Translations under genes and position numbers: made by a program
The notes under the pieces: generated by a model
Seen by the model: the letters and a program-made list of their open reading frames with translations, nothing else
Databases searched by the model: none
Told to the model about the DNA's origin: nothing
Shown here: in pieces, positions 11,749 to 21,466 of the stretch
How the letters are laid out: each line of letters begins with the position of its first letter
Numbering within the stretch: position 1 is the first letter of the stretch
Assembly: GCA_963796755.1 (NCBI GenBank)
Contig: CAWCMX010000001.1
Span: 1,491,995-1,555,994, forward strand
DNA from: an uncultured Acidimicrobiia bacterium
Lineage (GTDB): Bacteria > Actinomycetota > Acidimicrobiia > IMCC26256 > JAENVU01
DNA length: 64,000 nt
Direction: 5' to 3'

Positions 11749-12897
11749 CGACGAGGTCCTGAAGGGGACGACCGTGCTCGATCTCGACAACCTGTTGCGA
11801 GAGTCCGTCCGACTCGAGGCATCCGACGTCCACATCAAGGTCGGCTCGCCCCCGTTCCTCCGGGTCGACGGTCATCTCCAGCCGTGGGACAGCGAGCCGC
11901 GTCACCCCGGCGGACACCGAGCGCGATCGCGTTCGCACTGCTGCCCAAGGCCCGCGCCGACGAGTTCCTCGATCACCACGAAGCCGACTTCGCGTACACG
12001 CTCGCCGGGCTCGGACGCTTCCGCGTGCAACGTCTTCCGCCAGCGCGGATCCGTCGGCCTCGTGCTGCGGCGCGTGCTGCCCGGGATCCCGTCGATGGAG
12101 GAGCTCGGCCTGCCGCCGATCTGCCGTCGGCTCGCCGAGGAGCAGCGCGGTCTCGTGCTCGTCACGGGCCCGACCGGCTCGGGCAAGACCACCACGCTCG
12201 CCGCGATGATCGATCACATCAACGAACACCAGGCGCGTCACATCGTGACGGTCGAGGACCCGATCGAGGTGCTGCACCCCGACAAGCGCTCGATCGTGAA
12301 CCAGCGCGAGATCGGCACCGACACCGACGACTTCCACAACGCGCTCGAAGCGCGTGCTGCGCCAGGACCCCGACGTGATCCTCATCGGCGAGATGCGCGA
12401 CCCCGAGACCGTGTGGGCCGCGCTCTCCGCCGCGGAGACCGGGCACCTCGTTCTCTCGACGCTGCACACGATGGGCGCGGTCGAGACGATCACGCGGATC
12501 ATCGACTTCTTCCCCCGTTCCAGCAGCAGCAGGTCCGGATGTCGGTCGCGACGTCGCTGAAGGGGATCATCTCGCAGCGTCTGCTCGAGCGGGCCGACCG
12601 CCAGGGCCGGGTCCCGGCGATGGAGGTCCTCGTCAACACCGGCCGGGTGTTCGACAAGATCGCGGACGCCGACGCAGACCCACGAGATCGAGGAGATCAT
12701 CGCCGACGGCGAGTTCTACGGCATGCAGACCTTCGACCAGGGACTGCGCAACCTCTACGAGCAGGGGATCGTGAACCGGCGCGACGCGCTGGCCAGCGCG
12801 TCGAACCGCGCACGACCTCCGGCTGAAGCTCGACCACGCTCGACCTGAGCCGGGCGCAGCAGGACCTCGACGGCGAGCCCACCGCGCCACGGCCTAA
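11711..12897 (+). CDS. pilT: PilT-type twitching-motility/type IV pilus retraction ATPase; several apparent frameshifts and uncertain ends
   Basis: Motifs seen: [16 protein letters not shown], Walker [32 protein letters not shown], ..[32 protein letters not shown]. They are split over at least four frames. Confidence 0.8.
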
Positions 12898-12929
12898 CGA
12901 CTCGCGAGTCGGCGCCGCGTCAGGCCACA

Positions 12930-14356
12930 ATGGTCGCGATGACGGCCATCCCCGCGCGCGCTCGAGCCGCTCCTCGCGCCCGATGCACCCGCGCAGCGAG
13001 TCGCCGCTGCGCTGACGCGCCGCGGGCTACGAGTGCTACCTCGTGGGCGGCTCGGTGCGTGACGCGCTCATCGGTCGGGAGCGGCCCGACGGGCCGGAGA
13101 ACGACTTCGCGACGAACGCGCGGTCCGGAAGAGATCGAGGAGCTGCTGCGCCCGATCGGCCGACAACGTCGTGCTCGTCGGCGCGCGCTTCGGCACGGTC
13201 TGCGCGACGGTCGGACGGCGTCCAGTGCGAGGTCACGACGTTCCGCTCGGACGTGTACCACCCCGAGAGCCGCAAGCCCGAGGTGGTCTTCGGCGACGAC
13301 ATCGAGACCGACCTGTCCCGGCGCGACTTCTCGGTGAACGCGATGGCGCTGCGGCTTCCGCGACCCCGTGCTCGTCGATCCGTTCAACGGGGCCGTCGAC
13401 CTGGTCGAGCGCCGAGCTGCGAACGCCGCAGTCGCCGGACGTGTCGTTCACGCGACGACCCGCTGCGGATGTTGCGAGCGGCGCGGTTCATCGCCGGCTT
13501 CGGGCTCGAGCCGGTGCCGGAGCTCGATCGACGCGGTCGGTGAGCACCGCGGCCGGCTCGAGATCGTGAGCGCCGAGCGGATCCGCGACGAGCTCTCGAA
13601 GCTGCTGGTCGTCGAGGACCCGCGCCGGGTCTGTGGTTCCTCGCCGGGACGAGGCTCGTCCGACGAGTTCCTGCCCGAGCTCAACGCGATGCAGCTCGAG
13701 CAGGACCCGATCCACCACCACAAGGACGTCCTCGCGCACACGATCGCGGTCGTCGCAGAAGGTGAGCCCCGATCTGGTGCTGCGGCTCGCCGCGTTGCTG
13801 CACGACGTCGGCAAGCCGAAGACGCGGTCGTTCGAGCAGGGCCGCGCGTCGTTCCACCACCACGAGGTCGTCGGCGCGCGCATGGCGCGCGAGCGCCTCA
13901 CCGCGCTGCGGTACCCGAAGGACGTCATCGAGGCGCGTCACGCAGCTCGTGTACCTGCACCTGCGCATCCACACGTACGCGATGGGATGGACCGACAGCC
14001 GCGGTGCGGCGGTACGTGCGCGACGCCGGGCCGCTGCTGGACCAGCTCAACGAGCTGCAGCGCTGCGACTGCACGACCCGCAACGAGCGCAAGGCCCGCG
14101 CGCTCGAGCGCCGGATGGACGAGCTCGTCGCGCGGATCGAGACGCTGGCGGCCGAAGAGGAGCTCAAGGCGATCCGGCCGCCGCTCGACGGCCGCCAGGT
14201 CATGGAGTTCCTCGGGGTGCCGCCGGGTCGGGTCATCGGCGAGGCGCTCGACTTCCTGCTCGAGGCCCGGCTCGACGAGGGGCCGATCGACGGAGGCCGA
14301 CGCGTTCGCAGCGCCTCGCGGCCTGGGCGCGCGAGCGCGGCATCGAGCCCGCCTGA
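12930..14356 (+). CDS. cca: CCA-adding tRNA nucleotidyltransferase / poly(A) polymerase family with HD domain; many apparent frameshifts
   Basis: Motifs seen: [21 protein letters not shown], ..[20 protein letters not shown].., [12 protein letters not shown].., and the HD region [25 protein letters not shown]. These span five or more frames. Confidence 0.85.
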
Positions 14357-14377
14357 GCCCGCCCGACCGGCTCGCGC

Positions 14378-14839
14378 TCAGGCGAAGAGGATCGTCGCCT
14401 GCAGGTCCATCTCGCTGCGCAGCGAGCTCGCGATGAAGCACTCCTGGTGCGCAACTGCGACGAGCCGCTGCACATTCTCGGGTTGGTGCCCGCCGCGACG
14501 GTGATCCGCGGGCGGAGCCGGATGACGGTGATCCGCATCGGGGTGTCGTCCTCGGGCATCTCGGCTTCCGCGGCGTCCTCGTAGGCGAGCACGTCGACGG
14601 GCCCGGGCCGCGACGGCGAGGAAGGACAGCAGCTGGCATGACACCGCGGCCGCGAGCAGCAGCTGCTCCGGGTTGAGCCGCTCCGGGTCGCCGAGGAACG
14701 CCGGGTCCCCGCTCAGCGACGAGCGTCGGTCCGAGCGCGGCGCGGACACCGCAGCGTGTGCGCGCGGCTGTACCGGTCGTATCCCACTGCGGTCGAGCCT
14801 GCCCACGAGCACTCGGCCGCGGTAGTGGTGCGTGGTCAC
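14378..14839 (-). CDS. OsmC/Ohr family peroxiredoxin-like protein; one apparent frameshift near 14600
   Basis: Reads [31 protein letters not shown].. and the C-terminus ..[26 protein letters not shown]. The GTG at 14839 overlaps the upstream stop (GTGA). Confidence 0.75.
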   Translation of the reverse strand: MTTHHYRGRVLVGRLDRSGIRPVQPRAHAAVSAPRSDRRSSLSGDPAFLGDPERLNPEQLLLAAAVSCQLLSFLAVAARARRRARLRGRRGSRDARGRHPDADHRHPAPPADHRRGGHQPENVQRLVAVAHQECFIASSLRSEMDLQATILFA

Positions 14840-15478
14840 GAACCTTCTTTGCGGGCGCGCCACACCACCGTGGCCGGGAGCAGTGCTCGCCCGCCGTGCT
14901 CCTGGGCCGGCTCGGGCTCGAGGAGCGTGTCGACCCGGAAGCCGGTGCGGCTGAGGCCGGTGAACACCTCGCCGAGCGGGTGCCGGGTCACCAGGTGCGC
15001 CTCGTCGTCGGTCCCGATGTCGATCGGCGAGGTGTCGAAGTACGAGCGGGCGAGGTACGTGCGCCCGAGCGGCAGCGCACCCTCGGGCGCCGGCTCCGTC
15101 TCGACGCCGAGCGCGAACGGGTGCGGGAGCGAGAAGACGAACGGCGCGCCCTGGCGCAGGACCCGCTGCACCTGGCGGAACAGCCGGCCCAGGTCCGACG
15201 ATCTGGGCCAGTGCGCGCGTCGCTGAACGCGAGGTCCACCGAGTCGGCGCGCAGGAACGCGAGGTCCGCCAGGTCGCCCGCGTGCAGCTCGAGGCGCACC
15301 TCGGCCGCCTCGGCCGTGGCGCGCGCGTCGGCGATCTGGTCGGCGGAGCGTCGACGCCAATGACCGTCGCGCCGGCTAGGGCGAAGCGCACCGCGGCGTC
15401 TCCGCAGCCGCAGCCCAGCTCCAGGACGCGCTTGCCCTTCACCGGACCGAGCAGGCGAGCGATCGCGTCAATCTCCAT
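14836..15478 (-). CDS. Class I SAM-dependent methyltransferase; two apparent frameshifts
   Basis: N-terminal SAM motif is [28 protein letters not shown]. The tail ..[34 protein letters not shown] lies in another frame. Confidence 0.75.
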
Positions 15479-16628
15479 GCCGCGGAGCGTAGGTCGGCGC
15501 GGGCCCGAGGTGTGGAGACCGAGACGACCGGGCCGGCCCGGCTACGACGCCGTTCGCGAACTCCTCGACCATCCGGTACGCCTCGTCGTCGTGGTGCTGC
15601 ACCAGCGGCGACTTCATGAAGTACGCCGACGGACCCTCGAGCGGGCCGCCGATGCCCCGGTCGAGGGCGAGCTTGGCGCAGCGCATCGCGTCGATGATGA
15701 CGCCGGCCGAGTTCGGGGAGTCCCAGACCTCGAGCTTGAGCTCCAGGTTGAGCGGGACGTCACCGAAGTTGCGACCCTCGAGGCGGATGTAGGCCCACTT
15801 GCGGTCCTGCGAGCCACGGCACGTGGTCCGACGGGCCGATGTGCACGTCGTCGGCCTCGATGCCGTGGTCGATCTGGCTCGTGACGGACTGGGTCTTCGA
15901 GATCTTCTTGGACTCGAGGCGCTCGCGCTCCAACATGTTCTTGAAGTCCATGTTGCCGCCGACGTTCAGCTGGTAGGTGCGGTCGAGGCACCATGCCGCG
16001 GTCCTCGAACAGGCGGGCGAGGATGCGGTGGACGATCGTCGCGCCGACCTGGCTCTTGATGTCGTCACCGACGATCGGGACGCTCGCGTCCGTGAACTTC
16101 TTCGCCCACACCGGGTCGCTCGCGATGAACACCGGGATCGCGTTGACGAACGCGACGCCCGTGTCCAGGCAGCACTGCGCGTAGAACTTCTGCGCGTCCT
16201 CGGAGCCGACGGGCAGGTACGAGACGAGCACGTCGGCGTTCGAGTCGCGCAGCACCTGGGCCACGTCGACGGGTTCGGCCGGGCACTCCTCGACGGTCTG
16301 GCGGTAGTACTTGCCGAGGCCGTCGAGCGTCGGCGCCGCGTTGCACCAGCACGCCGGTCTCGGGGACGTCGGCGAACCGGATCGTGTTGTTCTGACCCGC
16401 GAACACGGCCTTGCCGAGGTCGAGGCCGACCTTGGCCGCGTCGACGTCGAACGCGGCGACGAACTCGACGTCACCGACGTGGTAGCCGCCGAGCTCGACG
16501 TGCATGAGCCCGGGAACCGACTCGGCGGGATCCGCCGTGCGGTAGTACTCGACGCCCTGGAGCAGGCTGCTGGAGCAGTTGCCCACTCCGGCGATGGCCA
16601 CACGGATCTTCTGACGGGCACCGCTCAT
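15468..16628 (-). CDS. ino1: myo-Inositol-1-phosphate synthase; about three apparent frameshifts and an uncertain 3' end
   Basis: Pieces read [22 protein letters not shown].., ..[40 protein letters not shown].., ..[30 protein letters not shown].., and ..[27 protein letters not shown]. Confidence 0.85.
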
Positions 16629-17291
16629 GCGGTCGCTCCTTCCTGTTCGGGCGCGTTCGGGCTGGAGGTGGGGCCTCCGCCTTCGGGCGTCTGGTCTTCG
16701 CTTGCGATCAAGTCGTCGAGCCACTCGAGGTCGCGCTCGGTGGATCGGTTGCGATGCTCCAAGAGGGAGCGGGTGTAGCGATCGACGGCCGGTCCGCGCG
16801 TGCGGCGGGCCCGGGCGAGGCGGTCGGCCAGCTCGGTGCGCCGGCGCTCGAGGAAGACCAGGCGCGACGCGGGATCGAGGAAGCGGCAGAACGCGAGCTT
16901 CGAGCGAGAAGAGGCGCTCGTCGTCGCCGACGTCGTCGGCGGTGAGCAGCGTCTGGAACTGCTCCTGGCCGATCGGGGTGATGCGGTAGGCCTTGCGGGT
17001 GCGGCGGCCGGCGGGCGCGGGGACGAGGCGGAGGCGGGCGGCGGCGGCCTCGCCCTTGAGCGAGCCGGTGGCCGGCATCGCCGGCACGCCGCAGGGGACT
17101 CGCCGTCGGGAGCCGTCGACGACCTCGATCGCGCCGCTGCGCTCGAGCCGGCGCAGCGCGGGGTAGAGCGAGCCGAACGAGATCCCCCAGAAGGAGCCGA
17201 GCGTCTCGCTCAGCCGCTTCTTGAGCTCGTAGCCGTGGCGGGGCTGCTCCTGCAGCAGCCCGAGGATCGCCAGCTCCAGCACCTCGTGCAC
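16625..17291 (-). CDS. PadR family transcriptional regulator; one apparent frameshift
   Basis: Winged-helix N-terminus is [39 protein letters not shown]. The stop overlaps the ino1 ATG (ATGA). The padR-ino1 pairing matches mycobacterial Rv0047c-Rv0046c. Confidence 0.8.
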
Positions 17292-17350
17292 TCCCCGGAT
17301 TTCGGTCGGATCGGACGGTGTCCCAGTTGCCCGGGACGCCCGACATTGTA

Positions 17351-17383
17351 CTCCTCGATATATCGAATCGATATATCGAGGAG
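17351..17383. promoter_or_regulatory. Perfect 33-bp palindrome in the padR / DUF5318 divergent intergenic region; candidate PadR operator
   Basis: CTCCTCGATATATCGA-A-TCGATATATCGAGGAG, with 16-bp arms and no mismatch. It is AT-rich in a roughly 70% GC context, about 60 bp upstream of padR and about 87 bp upstream of the 17470 start. Confidence 0.6.
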
Positions 17384-17469
17384 CAGTATCGCACATCGGC
17401 GCCCGCCGGGCAACGCACCCCTCCGGGTCGGCGCGCCGGAATGGGTGCTGCGCTGAATACACTTCCTGC

Positions 17470-17835
17470 GTGCCCAGGGGTACCAACTACGCGCTCGCCC
17501 GTCGGGCAGTGCTGCGCGACCTCCGCCGGGGGGTCCGGAGCCGCAACGACGTCTGCGACGCGCATCCCGAGCTGATGCGGGCGGCCCGCAACGTCGGGGA
17601 GCGGGCCGGCATCAAGTGCCCGGTCTGCGAGGGACGCGACCTCTACTACGTCTCCTACGTGTACGGCGACGCGCTCAAGCACGCGAACGGGCGTTGCCTC
17701 TCGTATCCCGGTGAGCTGGAGAAGCTGCGTGCGAAGCACGACGAGTTCGATCGTTACGTCGTCGAGGTCTGCACCGACTGCCGGTGGAACCACCTCGGGG
17801 CGCGCGAGCTGCACGGCCGCCGCCACACGGCCTGA
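17470..17835 (+). CDS. DUF5318-type conserved actinobacterial protein with four Cys
   Basis: Intact 121-aa ORF with CPVC..CTDC pairs. It is divergent from padR, as in other actinobacteria. Confidence 0.7.
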   Translation: MPRGTNYALARRAVLRDLRRGVRSRNDVCDAHPELMRAARNVGERAGIKCPVCEGRDLYYVSYVYGDALKHANGRCLSYPGELEKLRAKHDEFDRYVVEVCTDCRWNHLGARELHGRRHTA

Positions 17836-17925
17836 TCACGTTCCCCGGAGCGCGAGTTCCGGACCGCGGTCGAATGGTGCGCTCCGGCGGCTCACCACGG
17901 ATCGGGCCGGCCTACGCTCGGCTCC

Positions 17926-18111
17926 GTGACCCGGGGTGAGTGCGAGAACTGCGCGATGGCGGACCAGGAGCTGGTCCGGGTGCATCGGGTCTACGTCACG
18001 CCCGAGAGCTGGGACACCCCGGCGTCCGCGGTCGAGGTCGAAGCGACCGAGCAGTGGTGCGTCTCCTGCTGCACCCAGTACCCCCACGTCGCGATCGACC
18101 GCCCGCAGTAG
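17926..18111 (+). CDS. Small Cys-rich (zinc-ribbon-like) protein of unknown function
   Basis: Intact 61-codon ORF with very high GC at third codon positions. Contains CENC ... CVSCC. Confidence 0.5.
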   Translation: MTRGECENCAMADQELVRVHRVYVTPESWDTPASAVEVEATEQWCVSCCTQYPHVAIDRPQ

Positions 18112-18186
18112 CCCCGAGCGGCAATGGGCGTTACACTGTCGGGCGCTGCCGGGAGCCGTGTGAGCCCTGGACGGCGGAGGGTCGAC

Positions 18187-19099
18187 ATGACCACGGGTTC
18201 TTCCACTGCTCGGGTGCGTCCGATGAGCGCGCCGGACATCACCGCTCGCAAGCGCGAGCGCGCGATGGCGACGGCACGCCGCTCGTGATGGTGACCGCGT
18301 ACGACGCGCCGTCCGCGCGCGTCGTCGACGCGGCCGGGGCCGACATGATCCTCGTCGGCGACTCCCTCGCGATGGTCGTGCTCGGCTACGACGACACGCT
18401 GCAGGTGACGACCGACGACATGGTCCACCACATCGCCGCAGTGGCGCGGACCCGTCCGCGTCCGTTGATCGTCGGCGACCTGCCGTGGCTGAGCTATCAC
18501 GTCTCTCGCGAGGAGACGGTGCGCAACGCCGCCGCGCTCGTGCGCGCGGGTGCCGGAGCGGTGAAGCTCGAAGGCGGTCGCAAGCGGCTCGACGCGGTCG
18601 GCGCGATCCTCGACGCCGAGATCCCGGTGATGGGTCACCTCGGCCTCACGCCGCAGTCGATCCACTGCGCTCGGCGGGTTCCGGGTGCAGGGCAAGCAGC
18701 TGGACTCGGCCCGAGCGATCGTCGACGACGCCGTCGCGCTGGCCGAGGCCGGGTGCTTCGCGCTGGTGCTCGAGTGCGTGCCCGACGGCGTCGCCCGGAT
18801 GGTCACCGACGCGATCGACATCCCGACGATCGGCATCGGCGCCGGGCCGCCACTGCGACGGCCAGGTGCTCGTGTACCACGACCTGCTCGGGCTCGAGGA
18901 CCGGAAGCTGCCGAAGTTCGTGCGCCGGTACGCCGATCTGCGCAGCCGGCCACGCGCGGGGATCGAGCAGTTCGTCGAGGACGTGCGCTCGGGGACGTTC
19001 CCGTCGAGCGACGAGACGTACCACATGACGGACCAGATGGGTGAGGCCTTCGACCTCTCCTCGGACGCCGACGCCGTAGCTGTCCCACCCGCTCGGTAG
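18187..19099 (+). CDS. panB: 3-Methyl-2-oxobutanoate hydroxymethyltransferase; about three apparent frameshifts
   Basis: Motifs seen: [29 protein letters not shown], ..[21 protein letters not shown].., ..[33 protein letters not shown]. Confidence 0.85.
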
Positions 19100-19251
19100 C
19101 GTCCCCGCCGATAGGTCCGTTCGAAGCCTCTGCTAGCCTCCGAAGTTCGTGCACCCCCGGGTGTGCGTGTCCCACCCCTGCTCCTGGCGTCCGATTCGGG
19201 CGATCCATGGAGCCCGCAGCTCGGGCTGCGGTCCGAAGGAGGTACGTGCCC

Positions 19252-19611
19252 ATGCGGCCGTACGAGGTCATGATCATCTTCGACGCGGACCTGGATGAGG
19301 AGATCATCCGATCTGCAGTCGACCGTTCCGTCAAGCTCATCGAGTCGAGGGGTGCCGAGAAGGGCCAGATCGACTTCTGGGGCAAGCGACGGTTCGCCTA
19401 CGAGGTGAAGCACCGCTGGGAGGGCTACTACGTGGTCCTGCAGGCGAAGGCCGAGCCCGCGGCGATGGACGAGCTGCACCGGACGCTCTCCCTTGCCGAC
19501 GAGGTGGTCCGTCACAAGGTGCTGCGCATCCCCGAGCAGGTCTACGGCAAGCTCGCGGGTACCCCCGCGGCCGAGACCCCGCTCACGCGTGACGCCGACG
19601 ACGAGGACTGA
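19252..19611 (+). CDS. rpsF: 30S ribosomal protein S6
   Basis: Reads MRPYEVMIIFDADLDEE..WGKRRFAYEV...GYYVVL. GAAGGAGG lies 9 nt upstream of the ATG. Confidence 0.9.
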   Translation: MRPYEVMIIFDADLDEEIIRSAVDRSVKLIESRGAEKGQIDFWGKRRFAYEVKHRWEGYYVVLQAKAEPAAMDELHRTLSLADEVVRHKVLRIPEQVYGKLAGTPAAETPLTRDADDED

Positions 19612-19685
19612 CTCGAGTCGAACGGCTCCGAGCCGCCCGTCGCGACGGCAGCTGGGAGTGGAACCGATGAACAGGAGACCAGGGA

Positions 19686-20183
19686 ATGGCTGACAACACG
19701 ATCACGGTGGTCGGGAACCTCACTCGGGACCCGGAGATGCGCTACACCGCGTCGGGCCAGGCGAACGCACGCCTGGGCATCGCGGTGAGCCGACGGTGGC
19801 AGAACCGCCAGACGAGCGAGTGGGAGGAGCGCACGAGCTTCTTCAACATCGTCTGCTGGGGCGACATGGCCGAGAACGTCAGCGACTCGATGTCGAAGGG
19901 CACCCGGGTCATGGTGCAGGGCCGGCTCGAGCAGCGCAGCTGGGAGACCGAGCAGGGTGAGAAGCGCAGCGTCGTCGAGATCGTCGCGGACGAGATCGGC
20001 CCCAGCCTGCGCTGGGCGACGGCCGAGGTGAAGCGCTCCGAGCGTCGGGGTGGCGGCGGCCAGGGCGGCAACCAGGGTGGCGGCGACTTCGGGGGCGGCG
20101 GTGGCGGCGGACGTCCCGCCCCTGCCCGGGTGCCCGACGCAGGTGCACCGGCCGACGAGTTCGGCGACGAAGAGCCTTTCTAA
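19686..20183 (+). CDS. ssb: Single-stranded DNA-binding protein
   Basis: Intact 165-aa ORF with an OB-fold N-terminus (ITVVGNLTRDPEMRYT..), a Gly-rich linker and the acidic tail DEEPF. Confidence 0.95.
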   Translation: MADNTITVVGNLTRDPEMRYTASGQANARLGIAVSRRWQNRQTSEWEERTSFFNIVCWGDMAENVSDSMSKGTRVMVQGRLEQRSWETEQGEKRSVVEIVADEIGPSLRWATAEVKRSERRGGGGQGGNQGGGDFGGGGGGGRPAPARVPDAGAPADEFGDEEPF

Positions 20184-20213
20184 GCACGCAAACCGGAACG
20201 GAGCGGCGAGACC

Positions 20214-20710
20214 ATGGCAAGAGATCGCGAACGGCGCGGCAAAGACTCGAAGGCCGCCGACCGCAGGCGCACGCCCAAGAAGAAGGTGTCGATCCTCAAC
20301 CAGGACAGCATCGAGTGGGTCGACTACAAGGACGTGAACCTGCTGCGGCGGTTCATGTCGGAGCGGGCGAAGATCCGGGCGCGCCGCGTGACCGGGCAAC
20401 AACGCGCAGCAGCAGCGCGAGGTCGCACGCGCGATCCGCGTCGCTCGCGAGATGGCGTTGCTGCCCTACAGCGTGCGCCAGGTGACCCAGCGGAGCCGGA
20501 GTGGTCGTCGCGACCGGGGCGACCGTGCGGACCTGTCCGCGCCGATGCCGACGCCGGACGCACCGCCGCCCGTCGTCGGGCGAGCTCGAGGAGCTTCCCG
20601 AGGGCGTGACGCTCGAGGCGGTCGACGAGACGGGCCTCGAGACCGGTGTGCCCGAGGCGGTTGCCGCGGACGCCGGTGAGTCGGCTGCGGAGTCGGGAGC
20701 CTCGGAATGA
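20214..20710 (+). CDS. rpsR: 30S ribosomal protein S18 with an apparent long C-terminal extension; two apparent frameshifts
   Basis: S18 core is [26 protein letters not shown].. ..REMALLPYS. Reading continues through Arg-rich then acidic sequence to a TGA at 20708-20710, which overlaps the rplI ATG. Confidence 0.75.
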
Positions 20711-21153
20711 AGGTCGTGCTGCGCGAAGACGTCGAGAAGCTGGGCCGCAAGGGCGATCTGCTCGAGGTCGCGGACGGCTACGCCCGCAACTACCTGGTGC
20801 CGCGCGGTCTGGCGATCGTCGCGACGAAGGGCGTGGTGAACCAGGCCACGGCCATGCGGCGCAACCGCCAGCTCCGTGACGACCGGGACAAGGGTGCCGC
20901 CCAGGAGCTCGCGACCCGACTCACGCTGAGCCCGGTGCAGGTCACGGCCCGCGCCGGTGAGGGCGGCAAGCTGTTCGGTTCGGTCACCTCGGCGGACATC
21001 GTCGCCGCGGTCAAGGAGCAGACCAAGGTCGAGCTCGACCGCCGCAAGATCACGCTCGCCGAGCCCCTGAAGGAGCTCGGGCCGGCCGAGGTGCCGGTCC
21101 AGCTCCACGCGGACGTGACGGTCATGCTCGCCGTCGAGGTCGTCGCCGAGTAG
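20707..21153 (+). CDS. rplI: 50S ribosomal protein L9
   Basis: Intact 148-aa ORF reading [36 protein letters not shown]. Confidence 0.95.
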   Translation: MKVVLREDVEKLGRKGDLLEVADGYARNYLVPRGLAIVATKGVVNQATAMRRNRQLRDDRDKGAAQELATRLTLSPVQVTARAGEGGKLFGSVTSADIVAAVKEQTKVELDRRKITLAEPLKELGPAEVPVQLHADVTVMLAVEVVAE

Positions 21154-21466
21154 CTGGCTCCTCTTCGAGGATCTCCGGAGCGCACCTCCGGATCGCGGTC
21201 GACTGGGGCGCTCCGGCGGTTCCGCTCCGGCGGTTCTGCACCCCGGTGGTCTCGCGCGGCGAGTGGGTGGTCCGCGTAGGTGTCCCACCCCCCTGGTTCA
21301 CTGTGTGGGTACGTCGGTTGTCCCCAGGGTTGGGGACAACCGAGGACGTCATCCACAACGAATTCACAGGGAAAACCGGGGTTGCTCCCCTTACTCCCCA
21401 CAGGGGGGAACTGCGAGCATGCGTCGGTCGCTCGAGCTGAGCGCTTCGGGGGGATGAAGGGGTCGC

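Noticed and set aside
19100-19251. A hairpin (CCGCAGC-TCGG-GCTGCGG) just before the rpsF SD could be the known S6:S18-binding rpsF leader.
   Set aside because: I cannot verify the family consensus from memory, so it is not reported as a feature. An Rfam scan would settle it.
21315-21357. DnaA-box-like sequences (TTGTCCCCA, TGGGGACAA, TCATCCACA) raised the possibility of a chromosomal origin.
   Set aside because: There are only about three imperfect boxes, no AT-rich unwinding element and no dnaA/dnaN nearby. I kept it only as a possible DnaA-binding or regulatory hairpin, not as oriC.
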